Assembly: GCA_020161135.1 (NCBI GenBank)
Contig: JAIUOB010000006.1
Span: 35,968 to 99,967, forward strand
Direction: 5' to 3'
From: Gemmatimonadota bacterium
Lineage (GTDB): Bacteria; Gemmatimonadota; Gemmatimonadetes; Gemmatimonadales; Gemmatimonadaceae
Length of the DNA stretch: 64,000 nt
The translations under genes were made by a program, and so were the position numbers. The stretch's first letter is position 1; every line of letters begins with the position of its first letter. The notes below the pieces were generated by a model. It saw only the letters and a program-made list of their open reading frames with translations, did not search any database and was not told where the DNA came from. Shown here piece by piece: positions 8,858-19,300 of this stretch.

Positions 8858-10261
8858 ATGACTGCGCTCTTCCGTGCCCTCGCGGCAACTCTGTTCACGA
8901 CGCTCGTTGCCTTCCCGCTGCACGCGCAGTCGCGCGTCGAGCTCGAGAAGGTGCTGCGCCGCAAGGTGCTCGCGAACGGCCTCGAGGTCATCGTCGTCGA
9001 GAATCACGGCGTGCCCATCGCCACGCTCGAGATCAACGTGCGCAACGGCGCCTTCACGCAGACGCCGGAGTACGCCGGGCTCGCGCACATGTACGAGCAC
9101 ATGTTCTTCAAGGCCAACAAGGCGCTCCCGGATGCCGAGGCTTTCACGGAGCGCGCGGGCGAGCTGGGCGCGGTGTTCAACGGCACGACGCAGGAAGAAC
9201 GCGTCAACTACTACCTCACGCTGCCGGCGGACTCGGTGGCGGGCGGCCTCAAGTTCCTCGCGGACGCGCTCATCAGTCCGCTCTTCCGCGACGACGAGCT
9301 GGCGCAGGAGAAGGAGGTCGTGCTGGGCGAGTACGACCGCAACGAGGCGCAGCCGGGCTTCCAGTTCCAGCAGAAGGCCAATGAGCTGCTGTACCCCGGG
9401 CAGTTCAGCCGCAAGAACACCATCGGCGACCGCACGGTGCTGAAGAACGTGACGGCGGCGCAGATGCGCACGATCCAGCGCAAGTACTACGTGCCCAACA
9501 ACTGCGCACTCATCGTGACCGGCGACGTGAACCCGGACAGCATCTTCGCGCTGGCCGAGCGCGTGCTGGGCGCGTGGCCGCGCGGCGAGGATCCGTTCAA
9601 GGCCGATCCCATCCCGCCCATCCCGCCGCTCACCGGCAACAAGGCCAACATCAGCGAGGAGCCGATCAACGCGGTGGCGGTGCTGGTGCAGTGGCAGGGG
9701 CCGAGTGTGGGGAAGGACCCCGGCGCGACCTTCGCCGCCGATGTCTTCAGTGATGTGCTGAACACGCCGGGGTCGACGTTCCAGAAGAATCTCGTGGACA
9801 GCGGGCTGTGGCAGGGCATCGGCGTGAACTACTACACGCTCAACCAGGTGGGACCCATCTCCATCTCGGGGCAGACGACGCCGGACAAGTATCGCGCGGC
9901 GATGGCCGCGCTCGAACGCGAAATCGCCCGCTTCACCGATCCCACGTACATCTCGGCGGCCGAGCTCGAGGCCACGAAGGCGCAGCGTGCCGTGTCGAGC
10001 GCCTTCGGCATCGAGAAGGCGTCGGAGATCGCGCACACGATCGGCTTCTGGTGGAGCGTGGCCAGCCTCGACTACTTCATGAGCTACACCGACCGCATGG
10101 CGCAGCAGCGCATCGCCGACCTCATGCGCTACACGTCGACGTACATCGCCGGCAAGCCGCGGGTCACCAGCGTGCTGCTGTCGAGTGAAGCGCGCCGCGC
10201 GATCGGCCTCACCGAGGCGGAGCTCCTCACGCCCACCACCAAGGCGGGGATTCGCCCGTGA
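8858..10261 (+). CDS. M16 (pitrilysin-like) zinc peptidase, catalytic subunit, exported
   Basis: Signal peptide; inverted zinc motif HMYEH; LANGLEVIV; NGTTQEERVNYY. Confidence 0.88.
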   Translation: MTALFRALAATLFTTLVAFPLHAQSRVELEKVLRRKVLANGLEVIVVENHGVPIATLEINVRNGAFTQTPEYAGLAHMYEHMFFKANKALPDAEAFTERAGELGAVFNGTTQEERVNYYLTLPADSVAGGLKFLADALISPLFRDDELAQEKEVVLGEYDRNEAQPGFQFQQKANELLYPGQFSRKNTIGDRTVLKNVTAAQMRTIQRKYYVPNNCALIVTGDVNPDSIFALAERVLGAWPRGEDPFKADPIPPIPPLTGNKANISEEPINAVAVLVQWQGPSVGKDPGATFAADVFSDVLNTPGSTFQKNLVDSGLWQGIGVNYYTLNQVGPISISGQTTPDKYRAAMAALEREIARFTDPTYISAAELEATKAQRAVSSAFGIEKASEIAHTIGFWWSVASLDYFMSYTDRMAQQRIADLMRYTSTYIAGKPRVTSVLLSSEARRAIGLTEAELLTPTTKAGIRP

Positions 10262-11661
10262 GTCGCGTCCTCCGGCGAACACTTGCCGCGCTGCTGCTCG
10301 CAGCGCCCCTCGCGAGCGCGCCGCGCGCGCTCGATGCGCAGGCCACGCGCACGCCGCCGCGCGCGCCGGCGCGCCCGGCCACGACGCCGGCGGCCGAACC
10401 CCCGTCGCCGGTGGTGATGGGCGACGACTCGCTCACGATGAAGTTCACGGTGAGCGGCATCCCGGTCATCATGCGCCGCGTGACCGCCAACAACGTCGTC
10501 GCGGCCAACCTCTATCTGCTGGGTGGCAATCGGCAGCTCACGCCGGAGACGGCCGGCACCGAACTGCTGCTGCTCGAGACGAGTGAGCGCGGCACGGCGA
10601 AGTACCCGCGCGATGTGCTGCGCGCCAAGATGGCGCGGCTGGGCAGCGCGATCGGTGTGGGCGCGAGCGTGGACTGGACCACCATCGGCCTGCGCGCCAC
10701 CACCACGGGCTTCGACAGCACGTGGGCCATCCTCGCCGATCGCATCATGGCACCGCGGCTCGATGCCGCCGACGTCGACCTCGTGAAGGAGCAGTTCGTG
10801 CAGGCGGTGAGCCAGCGCACCGACAGTCCCGATGCGCTGCTCGACCATCTGGCCGACAGCATCGCGTTCACGGGCCATCCCTACGCGCTCGAACCGGCGG
10901 GCACCGAGGCGTCGCTTGCGCGCCTCACGGTGGCCGACCTCAAGCGCTACCACAGCGAGCAGATGGTGACGTCGCGCATGGTGCTCGTCGTGGTGGGGAA
11001 CGTCACGCGCGCCAAGGTGGAGGCGCTCGTGCGCACCACCCTCGGGCGTCTGCCACGTGGCAGCTACACCTGGACGCCACCGGCGGCCCCCGCCGAGCGG
11101 CCCGGCGCGCATGTCATCGCCCAGCGGTCGCTCCCCACGAACTACCTGCAGGGCTGGTTCATCGGCCCGGCCGCCACCAGCAAGGACTACGCCGCGCTGC
11201 GCCTCGCCTGTGCGGTGCTGTCGGGGCGGCTGTTCGGTGAGGTGCGCCAACGCCGCAACCTGTCGTACTCGGTCAATGCGCCGTTCGAGGAGCGCGCGTT
11301 CGGTGTGGGCGGTCTCTACGTGACCACCACCCAGCCCGACGAAGTGCTTGCCATCATGCAGCAGCAGATCCGCGCGCTGCAGGACGGCACCATCACCGAC
11401 GACGGCCTCGAGAAGCTGGTGCAGCAGTTCATCGTCACCTACTTCCTGGACAACGAGACCAACGCCGACCAGGCCAACATGCTGGCGCGGGCGGAGCTGT
11501 ATCAGGGCGACTTCCGCCGGGCCGCGCGCTTCGTGGACGAGCTCCGCGCGGTGACCCCCACCGACATCCAGCGGGCGGCCCGCACGTACATGACGCGAGT
11601 GCGCTGGGCCTACGTGGGCGACCCGAAGCGGGTCACGCCGGCGCGCCTCGCGCGCTTCTGA
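10258..11661 (+). CDS. M16 peptidase family, non-catalytic partner subunit
   Basis: M16 fold (SGRLFGEVRQRRNLSYSV) but no HxxEH; 4-bp overlap with the upstream M16 gene. Confidence 0.82.
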   Translation: MSRVLRRTLAALLLAAPLASAPRALDAQATRTPPRAPARPATTPAAEPPSPVVMGDDSLTMKFTVSGIPVIMRRVTANNVVAANLYLLGGNRQLTPETAGTELLLLETSERGTAKYPRDVLRAKMARLGSAIGVGASVDWTTIGLRATTTGFDSTWAILADRIMAPRLDAADVDLVKEQFVQAVSQRTDSPDALLDHLADSIAFTGHPYALEPAGTEASLARLTVADLKRYHSEQMVTSRMVLVVVGNVTRAKVEALVRTTLGRLPRGSYTWTPPAAPAERPGAHVIAQRSLPTNYLQGWFIGPAATSKDYAALRLACAVLSGRLFGEVRQRRNLSYSVNAPFEERAFGVGGLYVTTTQPDEVLAIMQQQIRALQDGTITDDGLEKLVQQFIVTYFLDNETNADQANMLARAELYQGDFRRAARFVDELRAVTPTDIQRAARTYMTRVRWAYVGDPKRVTPARLARF

Positions 11662-11775
11662 GCGGCGGGGAGGCCCCGCGGTGTCTCGACGGGGCCCGGT
11701 GCGCGGGCTATATCAAGGGATGCGATGCCGCATGCGCGGTGTCGCCCCCTCCACGGCCCTTCCGCACGCCCCGCC

Positions 11776-13290
11776 ATGTCCGATTCCGTCTCGCGCCGCG
11801 ACTTCGTCGGCACCAGCGCCACGCTCGCCATGGGCGCGATGATCGTCCCGCGCCACGTCCTCGGCGGTACCGGGTACCGCGCGCCGAGCGCGAAGCTCAA
11901 CATCGCCTGCGTCGGCATCGGCGGCATGGGGATGAACAACATGGCGCAGATGCTCGACGAGAACATCGTCGCGGTCTGCGATGTCGACATGGCGTTCGTC
12001 GAGCGCGGCCTCGACGGCCGGCTCAAGCCGCGGCAGGGCGAGCCGACGCCGCGCAACGTCATGCTGGGCGACGCCTACAAGAAGGCAGCCAAGTACACCG
12101 ACTTCCGCGTGATGCTCGAGCGGCAGAAGGATATCGAGGCGGTCATGGTCGCGACCCCCGATCACCTGCATGCGCCCATCGCGCTGGCCGCGATGCAGCT
12201 CGGCAAGCACGTGTACGTGCAGAAGCCGCTCGCGTACTCGGTGCACGAGACGCGCCTGCTGGCGAAGGCCGCGGCGGCGAACCCCAAGCTCGCCACGCAG
12301 ATGGGCAACCAGGGGCATTCGGGCGAAGGCACGCACCGCGTGCGCGAGATCATTGCCGCCGGCGTGCTCGGCAAGATCCACGAAGTGCATGTGTGGACCG
12401 ATCGCCCGGTGCGGTACTGGGCGCAGGGCATTCCGCGGCCGCGCGCGGCCAACGCGCAGGTGCCGGCGGCCAACCCGCGTCCGCAGTGGAACATGGGCAC
12501 GGTGGACAACGCGGTACGCGCGGCGATGCAGGCCAACGACACCACGCCCCCGCCGGGGATGAACTGGGACCTGTTCCTCGGCCCCGCGCCGGAGATTCAG
12601 TATCACCCCGCCTACCATCCGTTCGCGTGGCGTGGCTGGATCGACTTCGGTGTCGGCTCGATCGGCGACATGGGCGCGCATCTCATGGACGCGCCGTTCA
12701 TCTCGCTCGACCTCGACTACCCGAGCGCCATCACCGCGTCGTCGAGCCCGTGGGGTGGTGGCAACCAGACGCCCGCGTCATACCCGATGGCGACGTTCGT
12801 GCAGTTCGAGTATCCCGCCAAGGGGAAGCGTGGTCCCGTCAAGCTGTACTGGTACGACGGTGGCCTCATGCCGCCGCGCCCGGAGCTGCTCCCCGACGAT
12901 CAGCCGATGGCCAACCCCGGCAGCGATGGCGGCGGTGGCGTGTTCATCGGCGAGAAGGGGATCTTGTTCTACGAGACGTACGGCAACAAGCCGCGCATCT
13001 ACCCCGAGTCGGTGGCGAAGAAGGCGGAAGAGGTGCCCAAGACGCTCCCGCGCATCACCGTGCCGCACGAGGTGAACTGGATCCAGGCCGCGAAGGGCGA
13101 GGCGCAGGCCAGCTCACCGTTCAGTTACGCAGCGCCGCTCACCGAGTCGATGCTGCTGGGCATTGCCGCGCTGCGCGCGGGGCAGGGGCGCAAGGTGCGC
13201 TACGACGGGGCGAACATGACGTTCACCAACGCGTCGGATGCGAACCAGTACCTGACGCGCGTCTACCGCAGCGGCTGGGAGTTGCGCTGA
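11776..13290 (+). CDS. Tat-exported Gfo/Idh/MocA-family oxidoreductase
   Basis: SRRDF twin-arginine motif, NIACVGIGGMG, ATPDHLH, HVYVQKP, TQMGNQ, GDMGAH. Confidence 0.9.
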   Translation: MSDSVSRRDFVGTSATLAMGAMIVPRHVLGGTGYRAPSAKLNIACVGIGGMGMNNMAQMLDENIVAVCDVDMAFVERGLDGRLKPRQGEPTPRNVMLGDAYKKAAKYTDFRVMLERQKDIEAVMVATPDHLHAPIALAAMQLGKHVYVQKPLAYSVHETRLLAKAAAANPKLATQMGNQGHSGEGTHRVREIIAAGVLGKIHEVHVWTDRPVRYWAQGIPRPRAANAQVPAANPRPQWNMGTVDNAVRAAMQANDTTPPPGMNWDLFLGPAPEIQYHPAYHPFAWRGWIDFGVGSIGDMGAHLMDAPFISLDLDYPSAITASSSPWGGGNQTPASYPMATFVQFEYPAKGKRGPVKLYWYDGGLMPPRPELLPDDQPMANPGSDGGGGVFIGEKGILFYETYGNKPRIYPESVAKKAEEVPKTLPRITVPHEVNWIQAAKGEAQASSPFSYAAPLTESMLLGIAALRAGQGRKVRYDGANMTFTNASDANQYLTRVYRSGWELR

Positions 13291-14894
13291 GCGTCTGACT
13301 CCGCGACCAGGCCGGCCTCGATGCGCGCCAGGCGCGCATCGATGGCGGCCAGCGTGCGGGAAAGCTCGGGCGACGTGACGGGCGCGTTCACCGCAACGCT
13401 CGCCACGCGCACCGGCGCCGTGACCACCCGTCGCACCTCCGAGGGCGCGGCGTCATCGCGCCCGATGATCCAGCGTGACGGCAGGCGGAACGCCAGTACC
13501 CGCAGGATGCGCTCGGGGACGCCACCGCGGAACGGACTGCGGGCCAACAGCACGAGCCCCATGCCGAGACAGACGAGCCCTGAGAACAGCATGAGCACAC
13601 CGGGCAGGCTGGTCTGGTAGGTGCTGGGGCCGATCTGGCGGCGCGTCTGCAGCGCCCCCCAGATGAGCACCGGTCCGATCACGAGCTGCAGCACCCCCAT
13701 GCGCATCGTGCGCCGTCGGCGGGCGACGATCTCGGGCGTGGCGCGGAGCTGCGCACGACGCGCCTCGCGTTCGGCGAGCACCATCGCGATGCCATCGCGA
13801 ATCGACGACGGCGTGAAACCATCGTGTCGCAGGCGGGTCGCTTCGGCGCGGGTCTGCAGGACGCGTCCGAGGAACACCGACGCCAGCAGCGTCACCGGCA
13901 GGGCCGCATCGAGGGTGCTCGCGCGGCTCGCCACGGTCGAACCGATCACGAGCGACGAGAGCATCATGAACAGCCCGATGATGCCGAGCGTCTCGAGTTC
14001 CGTTGCGAAGAGTCGCACGGGCAGCGCCACGTCGGGTGCGGCCACCTGTGCAGCCTCGAGGGCTTCGATGAGCGCTTCGGCCGACGCAAAACGGTCGGTG
14101 CGGTCCTTGGCGATGCAGCGGTCGACGATCGCGCAGAGGGTGTCCGGGAGATCGGGGCGCCGCGCAGCCAGCGATGGCGGTGCTTCCGTGAGCTGCCGCA
14201 CGAGGATGCGCTGGACGCTCTCGCCGCCGAACGCGATCTCGCCGGTGAGCGCAAAGAACGCGGTCAGGCCCAGGGCGTAGAGGTCGCTACGGCCGTCGAC
14301 GGCATCGCCGGTCGCCTGCTCGGGACTCATGTACTCGGGCGTGCCAACGACTTCGCCGACGCGTGTCATGCCGTCATGCGCCGCCGGTGCGTCGCCGATG
14401 GGGCGCGCCACGCCGAAATCCATGAGCAGCGCACGACCTGTCGCGCGCTCGATCATGATGTTGTCCGGCTTGAGGTCGCGGTGCACCACCCCGCGACCGT
14501 GCGCGTACGCGAGCGCGTAGGCGATGTCCTGCAGCAGGCGCACCGCGTCACGGACCGTCATGGGACCGGTGCGACGGATGCGATCGGTGAGACTCTCGCC
14601 CTCGACGAAGCTCATGACGAAGGCGAGGGCATGATCCTGCTCCTCGACCGCGTACACCGCGACGATGTTGGGGTGCGAGAACCCCGCCGCCAGGCGCACC
14701 TCCCGCAGGAACCGCTCCCGAAGGACGGCGTCGTCGGCCAGCTCGGCGGGCAGCTCCTTTACGGCGACGAGGCGGTCGAGGCGCACGTCGCGGGCGAGGT
14801 ACACCGCGCCCATGCCGCCGCGTCCGAGCAGGCGTTCGATGCGGTAGCGACCCTGCAGGCGCTGGCTGAGTGCAGTGGCGGCGGCGTCGGTCAT
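13263..14894 (-). CDS. Hanks-type Ser/Thr protein kinase with C-terminal transmembrane segments
   Basis: GRGGMGAVY, VAVK, HRDLKPDN, DFG, GTPEYMSPE, DLYALG; hydrophobic stretches in the C-terminal half. Confidence 0.92.
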   Translation of the reverse strand: MTDAAATALSQRLQGRYRIERLLGRGGMGAVYLARDVRLDRLVAVKELPAELADDAVLRERFLREVRLAAGFSHPNIVAVYAVEEQDHALAFVMSFVEGESLTDRIRRTGPMTVRDAVRLLQDIAYALAYAHGRGVVHRDLKPDNIMIERATGRALLMDFGVARPIGDAPAAHDGMTRVGEVVGTPEYMSPEQATGDAVDGRSDLYALGLTAFFALTGEIAFGGESVQRILVRQLTEAPPSLAARRPDLPDTLCAIVDRCIAKDRTDRFASAEALIEALEAAQVAAPDVALPVRLFATELETLGIIGLFMMLSSLVIGSTVASRASTLDAALPVTLLASVFLGRVLQTRAEATRLRHDGFTPSSIRDGIAMVLAEREARRAQLRATPEIVARRRRTMRMGVLQLVIGPVLIWGALQTRRQIGPSTYQTSLPGVLMLFSGLVCLGMGLVLLARSPFRGGVPERILRVLAFRLPSRWIIGRDDAAPSEVRRVVTAPVRVASVAVNAPVTSPELSRTLAAIDARLARIEAGLVAESDAQRNSQPLR

Positions 14895-14959
14895 GCGTCG
14901 AGTATACTGCCCGGACACGCGGCGCACCCGGCGCCGGCCCTCCGCCTTCCCGCTCTCGC

Positions 14960-15826
14960 ATGTCCCAGCCCGCATCGCACGACGCGACCGCGCCCCGCAC
15001 GGCCATCACGGCACCCGACGGCGCCTCGGCCCGCGTCTACCACGACGGCGCGCACGTGGCCAGTTGGATGCCCGCCGGCGGTACCGAGCAACTGTTCGTC
15101 AGCGCCAACGCGCGCTACGGCGCGGGACAGGCGATGCGTGGCGGCGTGCCCATCTGCTGGCCCCAGTTCGGGCCGTTCGGCGCATTGCCGCAACATGGAT
15201 TCGCGCGCGTGTCGCGCTGGACGCTGCGCGACACGGCCGTGGGGGACGCCCACGCCGACGCCACCTTCGTGCTCGAGGACAGTGCCGCCACGCGTGCGGT
15301 GTGGCCGCATCGCTTTCACGTGGCGTACACGGTGCGCATCGGCGGCGCGATGCTGACGATGACGCTCACCGTGCACAATCCCGGCGAGGCGCCGTTCACG
15401 TTCACCGGCGCGCTGCATCCGTACCTCCGCGTGCCCGATGCCTTCGGCATGCAGGTGGTGGGGCTCGCCGGCACGCGCCGGCGCGACGCGCTGGCCGACG
15501 GGCGCGAGGACGACGAGACAGCCGCGTCGGTGGAGATTCACGGACCGATCGACCGCATCTACTACGGCGCGGCGCAGCCGCTCCTGATGGAGCCCCGCCC
15601 CGACGCACACGCGGCCGCGACCACCCGTCTGCGCATCGAGATGGAGGGCTTCCACGACGCGGTCGTGTGGAACCCCGGTGCCGCCGGCACGGCCGCGCGC
15701 GCCGACTTCGTGCCCGGCGACGAGCACCACATGCTGTGCGTCGAGGCGGCGATGGTGCGGCACCCCGTCACGCTGGCGCCGGGCGCCTCGTGGACTGGTG
15801 TGCAGCGCGTGCAGGCGGTGGGGTAA
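14960..15826 (+). CDS. D-hexose-6-phosphate mutarotase (aldose 1-epimerase family, YeaD-like)
   Basis: GAHVASW, RGGVPICWPQFG, HGFAR, GALHPY, DAVVWNP, MLCVEA. Confidence 0.88.
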   Translation: MSQPASHDATAPRTAITAPDGASARVYHDGAHVASWMPAGGTEQLFVSANARYGAGQAMRGGVPICWPQFGPFGALPQHGFARVSRWTLRDTAVGDAHADATFVLEDSAATRAVWPHRFHVAYTVRIGGAMLTMTLTVHNPGEAPFTFTGALHPYLRVPDAFGMQVVGLAGTRRRDALADGREDDETAASVEIHGPIDRIYYGAAQPLLMEPRPDAHAAATTRLRIEMEGFHDAVVWNPGAAGTAARADFVPGDEHHMLCVEAAMVRHPVTLAPGASWTGVQRVQAVG

Positions 15827-15853
15827 GGCGCGCCGCGGTCAACCCGTCACGCG

Positions 15854-16930
15854 TCAGGGTAGCCGCAGCACTGCGTGGTGAATGCGGGTGCGCTTCCAGG
15901 TGTACGTCACATGCACCGTGCCGTCCGCCGCCTCGATGACCGCGGGATAGGAGTACTCCCCGGGCGCACGCTCCAGCGTCGCGACGGTCGTCCAGGCAAC
16001 ACCGTCCGCCGAGGTGGCGACGACCAGCGGCGTACGCCCTTCGGTCACGGGATTGTACACCAGCACATGGCGGCCGCTGCGCAGCGTGACGGCGTCGAAG
16101 CCGGCGTTGGGGTTGGGAAGCGAGGTGGGCGCGAGCGCGCTCCATGTCCGGCCGCCGTCGCGACTCCACGTGTCGTAGATGCGCCCCGGGCCGCGCGTGC
16201 GCACCAGCGCCTGCACGCGTCCGTCGCGGTGCACGAGGAGCGCGGGCTGGATCGCATCGACGTCGCGCACCGCCGGTGGCGGCGCGCTGAACTGCCAGGT
16301 GCGCCCCGCGTCGCGTGACCACTCGAAGTGGACCCGCCACGCATTGGCGGAGTCGGGCGCCTCGGTGCTGCTGCCGCTGAGCAGCGTGCCGTCCGACAGC
16401 CGCACCGGCTTGTTCTTGATGGGGCCGAGTACACCATCCGGCAGGCGTTCGGCCGCCGACCAGGTGCGGCCGCCGTCGGTGCTGACGCGGCGGAGCCCCC
16501 ACCACTCGCGCGGGTTGGGTCCTGCCTTGTAGTACAGCACAAGGCGTGCGCCGCCCGTCGCATCGAGCACGGGGTTCCACGTGGGCACGCGCGTGCCGTC
16601 GGGCTGCACGCCATGCGCGACCTCCACCGGTGGCGACCAGCGTCCGTTCTCGAAGCGCGACAGCCAGATGCCCACGTCGCGCGCGCTCTCGTACGCCCCG
16701 CCGAACCACGCCACCACCAGCGTCCCGCCAACCTCCACGATGGTCGACGCGTGCACGGAGGGGACCGGCGATCCGTCGCTGGGCCAGTCCCGCGCCACGA
16801 GGCGCGCGGTGTCAGCGGCGGTGCGGTCTGCGCGCACGGTGTGTGCGGCCGGCGCGACGGGCCGCAGCGCCAGCGTCGGCGTCGCGACCAGCGCAACGAT
16901 GCCGCCCAGTCGCACCCACGACGACGCCAT
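15854..16930 (-). CDS. Exported BNR/Asp-box exo-alpha-sialidase-family protein
   Basis: HASTIVE, WFGG, WNPVL, GPIKNKP, Asp-boxes STDGGRTW / SRDAGRTW / SRDGGRTW, YSYPAVI. Confidence 0.85.
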   Translation of the reverse strand: MASSWVRLGGIVALVATPTLALRPVAPAAHTVRADRTAADTARLVARDWPSDGSPVPSVHASTIVEVGGTLVVAWFGGAYESARDVGIWLSRFENGRWSPPVEVAHGVQPDGTRVPTWNPVLDATGGARLVLYYKAGPNPREWWGLRRVSTDGGRTWSAAERLPDGVLGPIKNKPVRLSDGTLLSGSSTEAPDSANAWRVHFEWSRDAGRTWQFSAPPPAVRDVDAIQPALLVHRDGRVQALVRTRGPGRIYDTWSRDGGRTWSALAPTSLPNPNAGFDAVTLRSGRHVLVYNPVTEGRTPLVVATSADGVAWTTVATLERAPGEYSYPAVIEAADGTVHVTYTWKRTRIHHAVLRLP

Positions 16931-16951
16931 GCGCCCGTGTCGCGAGATCAC

Positions 16952-18613
16952 CTACGGACGAATGCTGTTCGGCGACGGCTTGCGCGGCAGCGGCGCCGCA
17001 CGGTTGGCCGCGTGCCAGACGAACGACGCGATCACCGCCGCGTTGAGCTGCATGTCCGGCGCCTGCAGCCGCTCGTAGGTGTCCATGTTCGAGTGATGCG
17101 TCCGCGTGCCGTACTCGATCTCGTCCTGGATGAATTGGAAGCCGGGAATGCCCACGCCGTCGAAGGCGAGGTGGTCGGTGCCGCCGGTGTTGTTCAGCGT
17201 CACGGTCTTCACGCCCTTGTCGGCAAACGGCTGCATCCACGCGCTGAAGATGGGGGCGACGGCCGAGTTGCCCTGCAGGTACACGCCGCGAATGGCGCCC
17301 GTGCCGTTGTCGAGGTTGAAGTAGCCGCTGATGCGCTTCCCTTCCTCGGTCAGCGAGTCACGCGTCCCGAGATGCTGCCGCACGTACGCACGCGACCCCA
17401 GCAGCCCCTGTTCCTCGCCGGTCCACAAGGCAATGCGAATGGTGCGCTTGGGCTTGAGCCCTGCGGCCTGCAGCACCCGCACCGCTTCGAGCATCGCGGC
17501 CGAGCCGGCGGCGTTGTCGGTGGCGCCGGTGCCGGCGTGCCACGAGTCGAAGTGCGCGCCCAGCATCACCACTTCGTTCTTGAGTTGCGGGTCGGTGCCG
17601 GGAATCTCGGCCAGGATGTTGAACGACCCCAGGTCGCCGTCGTGGAACGTGTTGCGCACCTCGAGTTCCATCTCGACCGGCACGCCCTTCTCGATGGTGC
17701 GGAGGATGCGTCCGTAGTGCTCGATGGCCACCGCGATGAGCGGCGTGCCGAAGGGCGTCTTCGGGTCGCGCGACTGGCCGTTGTTGGTGAACACCGTGCC
17801 GCCGTCGCCACGCCCGGGCTCGAGCACAGCGGCCACCTTCTCGTCCTGGATGAACGCCATGCGTCGCGCGGCCACCGCGGCGTTGGCGCGCAACGCGTCC
17901 TGCTGGCGCACGGCGGCGCTGTCGGCGGCGGTGCGCGGTGCCGACTGTCGCGGCCCCGTGGCGGCCGGTTGCGGCATGGGCGCGTTGGCCAGCGTCTCGA
18001 GGCTCGCGTCACTCCGCCGCGCGGCCAGCGGCTCGAAACGCGCCGGCACCTCTCGCATGGGCGCGAGCATGACGATCTTGCCGGCCAGCTTCCCCTTGTA
18101 GTTCGCGAAGTCGGCGTCGCTGTCGATCTTCACATAGACCACCTGGCTCTTCACCAACCCCGTCGTGCCGGGCGTCCAGGCTTGCGGGTACCCGATGATC
18201 GGGAACGGCACCGGGGCGGTGACCTGCGCATAGAACTTCTCGTTCGTCCAGCCGCGTCCGAAGTTCGGCCACGCCTCGATGCGCGGGTCCGAGAGCCCCC
18301 ACTGCCGGAGCCGGTCGACGGTGAAGTCCGCCGCGCGGCGCGTCGTGGGCGAGCCGGTGAGACGCGGGCCGTGCACGTCGGTGAGCCACGACAGCAGCGT
18401 CATGACCTGCGAGTGCTCGAACGCCTCGCGGCGGATCTTCTCGACCGCGGCGCGGTCGACGGGCTCGCCCTGCGCGGCCAGCACGCTCGCGTCGAGGCTG
18501 ATGGCGGCGAGTGCGGCCAGGGTGCATGCCGCCGCGAACTGCCGCGTGACGTGACGACGCGACGGGCGCAGGCTGGCGAGGAGTGTCGAGGGGAGGCGCG
18601 ACAGCGTGGACAT
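16952..18613 (-). CDS. Exported M28-family metallopeptidase (carboxypeptidase Q-like)
   Basis: GPRLTGS, GAHFDSW, ATDNAAG, WTGEEQGLLGS, NLDNG, GTDH, THHSNMD. Confidence 0.88.
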   Translation of the reverse strand: MSTLSRLPSTLLASLRPSRRHVTRQFAAACTLAALAAISLDASVLAAQGEPVDRAAVEKIRREAFEHSQVMTLLSWLTDVHGPRLTGSPTTRRAADFTVDRLRQWGLSDPRIEAWPNFGRGWTNEKFYAQVTAPVPFPIIGYPQAWTPGTTGLVKSQVVYVKIDSDADFANYKGKLAGKIVMLAPMREVPARFEPLAARRSDASLETLANAPMPQPAATGPRQSAPRTAADSAAVRQQDALRANAAVAARRMAFIQDEKVAAVLEPGRGDGGTVFTNNGQSRDPKTPFGTPLIAVAIEHYGRILRTIEKGVPVEMELEVRNTFHDGDLGSFNILAEIPGTDPQLKNEVVMLGAHFDSWHAGTGATDNAAGSAAMLEAVRVLQAAGLKPKRTIRIALWTGEEQGLLGSRAYVRQHLGTRDSLTEEGKRISGYFNLDNGTGAIRGVYLQGNSAVAPIFSAWMQPFADKGVKTVTLNNTGGTDHLAFDGVGIPGFQFIQDEIEYGTRTHHSNMDTYERLQAPDMQLNAAVIASFVWHAANRAAPLPRKPSPNSIRP

Positions 18614-18670
18614 GCGCGGTGGTGGGCGAAGGTGGGAGGCGCGCCAGTCGCGCCCCACCCTGAAGATGCC

Positions 18671-19300
18671 CTACCGCGCGCGTGCCGCCAGCACGCGTCG
18701 CACGTCGTCGAGTGTGCCGCCCGTCGCCCGCAGCGCCACCAGTGCGTGATAGACCAGGTCGGCCACCTCCTCGGCCGCGCGCGCCGCATCGCCGTCCACG
18801 CAGGCCGTCGCCAGCTCCACCGCCTCCTCGCCCAGCTTCTTGAGCCGCAGGTTGCGGTCGGCCAGCAGGCGCTGTGTGTGACTCGGCGGTGTGTCCCCGT
18901 GACCGGTCGTGGCCTGCCGCTGCGCGATGGTGGCGTCCACCGCGCCGATGGCGTCGGCCGCCAGCGCCGCCTCGCCGAAGCAGCTCGTCGCGCCGGTGTG
19001 GCACGCAGGCCCCGCGGGGGCGATGCGCGCCAGGACCGCGTCGCCGTCGCAATCGGTGGCGAGCGAGACCACGCGTTGCACATTGCCGCTGGTGGCGCCC
19101 TTGTGCCACAGGCCGCGCGACCGGCTGCGGTAGTGCATCTCGCCTGTGCGCAGCGTGTACTCGAGCGCCTCGCGGTCGGCGTGCGCCACCATGAGCACCG
19201 CGCCGCTCTGCGCATCCTGCGCGACGACGGTGACGAGTCCGCCGCCCTTGGTGAAGTCGAGTGCGTCGAGATCGAGTGCGGGCACTGACAGTCCGGTCAT
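18671..19300 (-). CDS. hisIE: Bifunctional phosphoribosyl-AMP cyclohydrolase / phosphoribosyl-ATP pyrophosphatase
   Basis: [27 protein letters not shown], then KKLGEEAVE and EVADLVYH. Confidence 0.93.
   Translation of the reverse strand: MTGLSVPALDLDALDFTKGGGLVTVVAQDAQSGAVLMVAHADREALEYTLRTGEMHYRSRSRGLWHKGATSGNVQRVVSLATDCDGDAVLARIAPAGPACHTGATSCFGEAALAADAIGAVDATIAQRQATTGHGDTPPSHTQRLLADRNLRLKKLGEEAVELATACVDGDAARAAEEVADLVYHALVALRATGGTLDDVRRVLAARAR

Noticed and set aside
16328-19288. 986-aa plus-strand ORF
   Set aside because: Antisense shadow of the sialidase, M28 and hisIE genes; Arg/Ala/Gly-rich with no motifs, as expected in GC-rich DNA.
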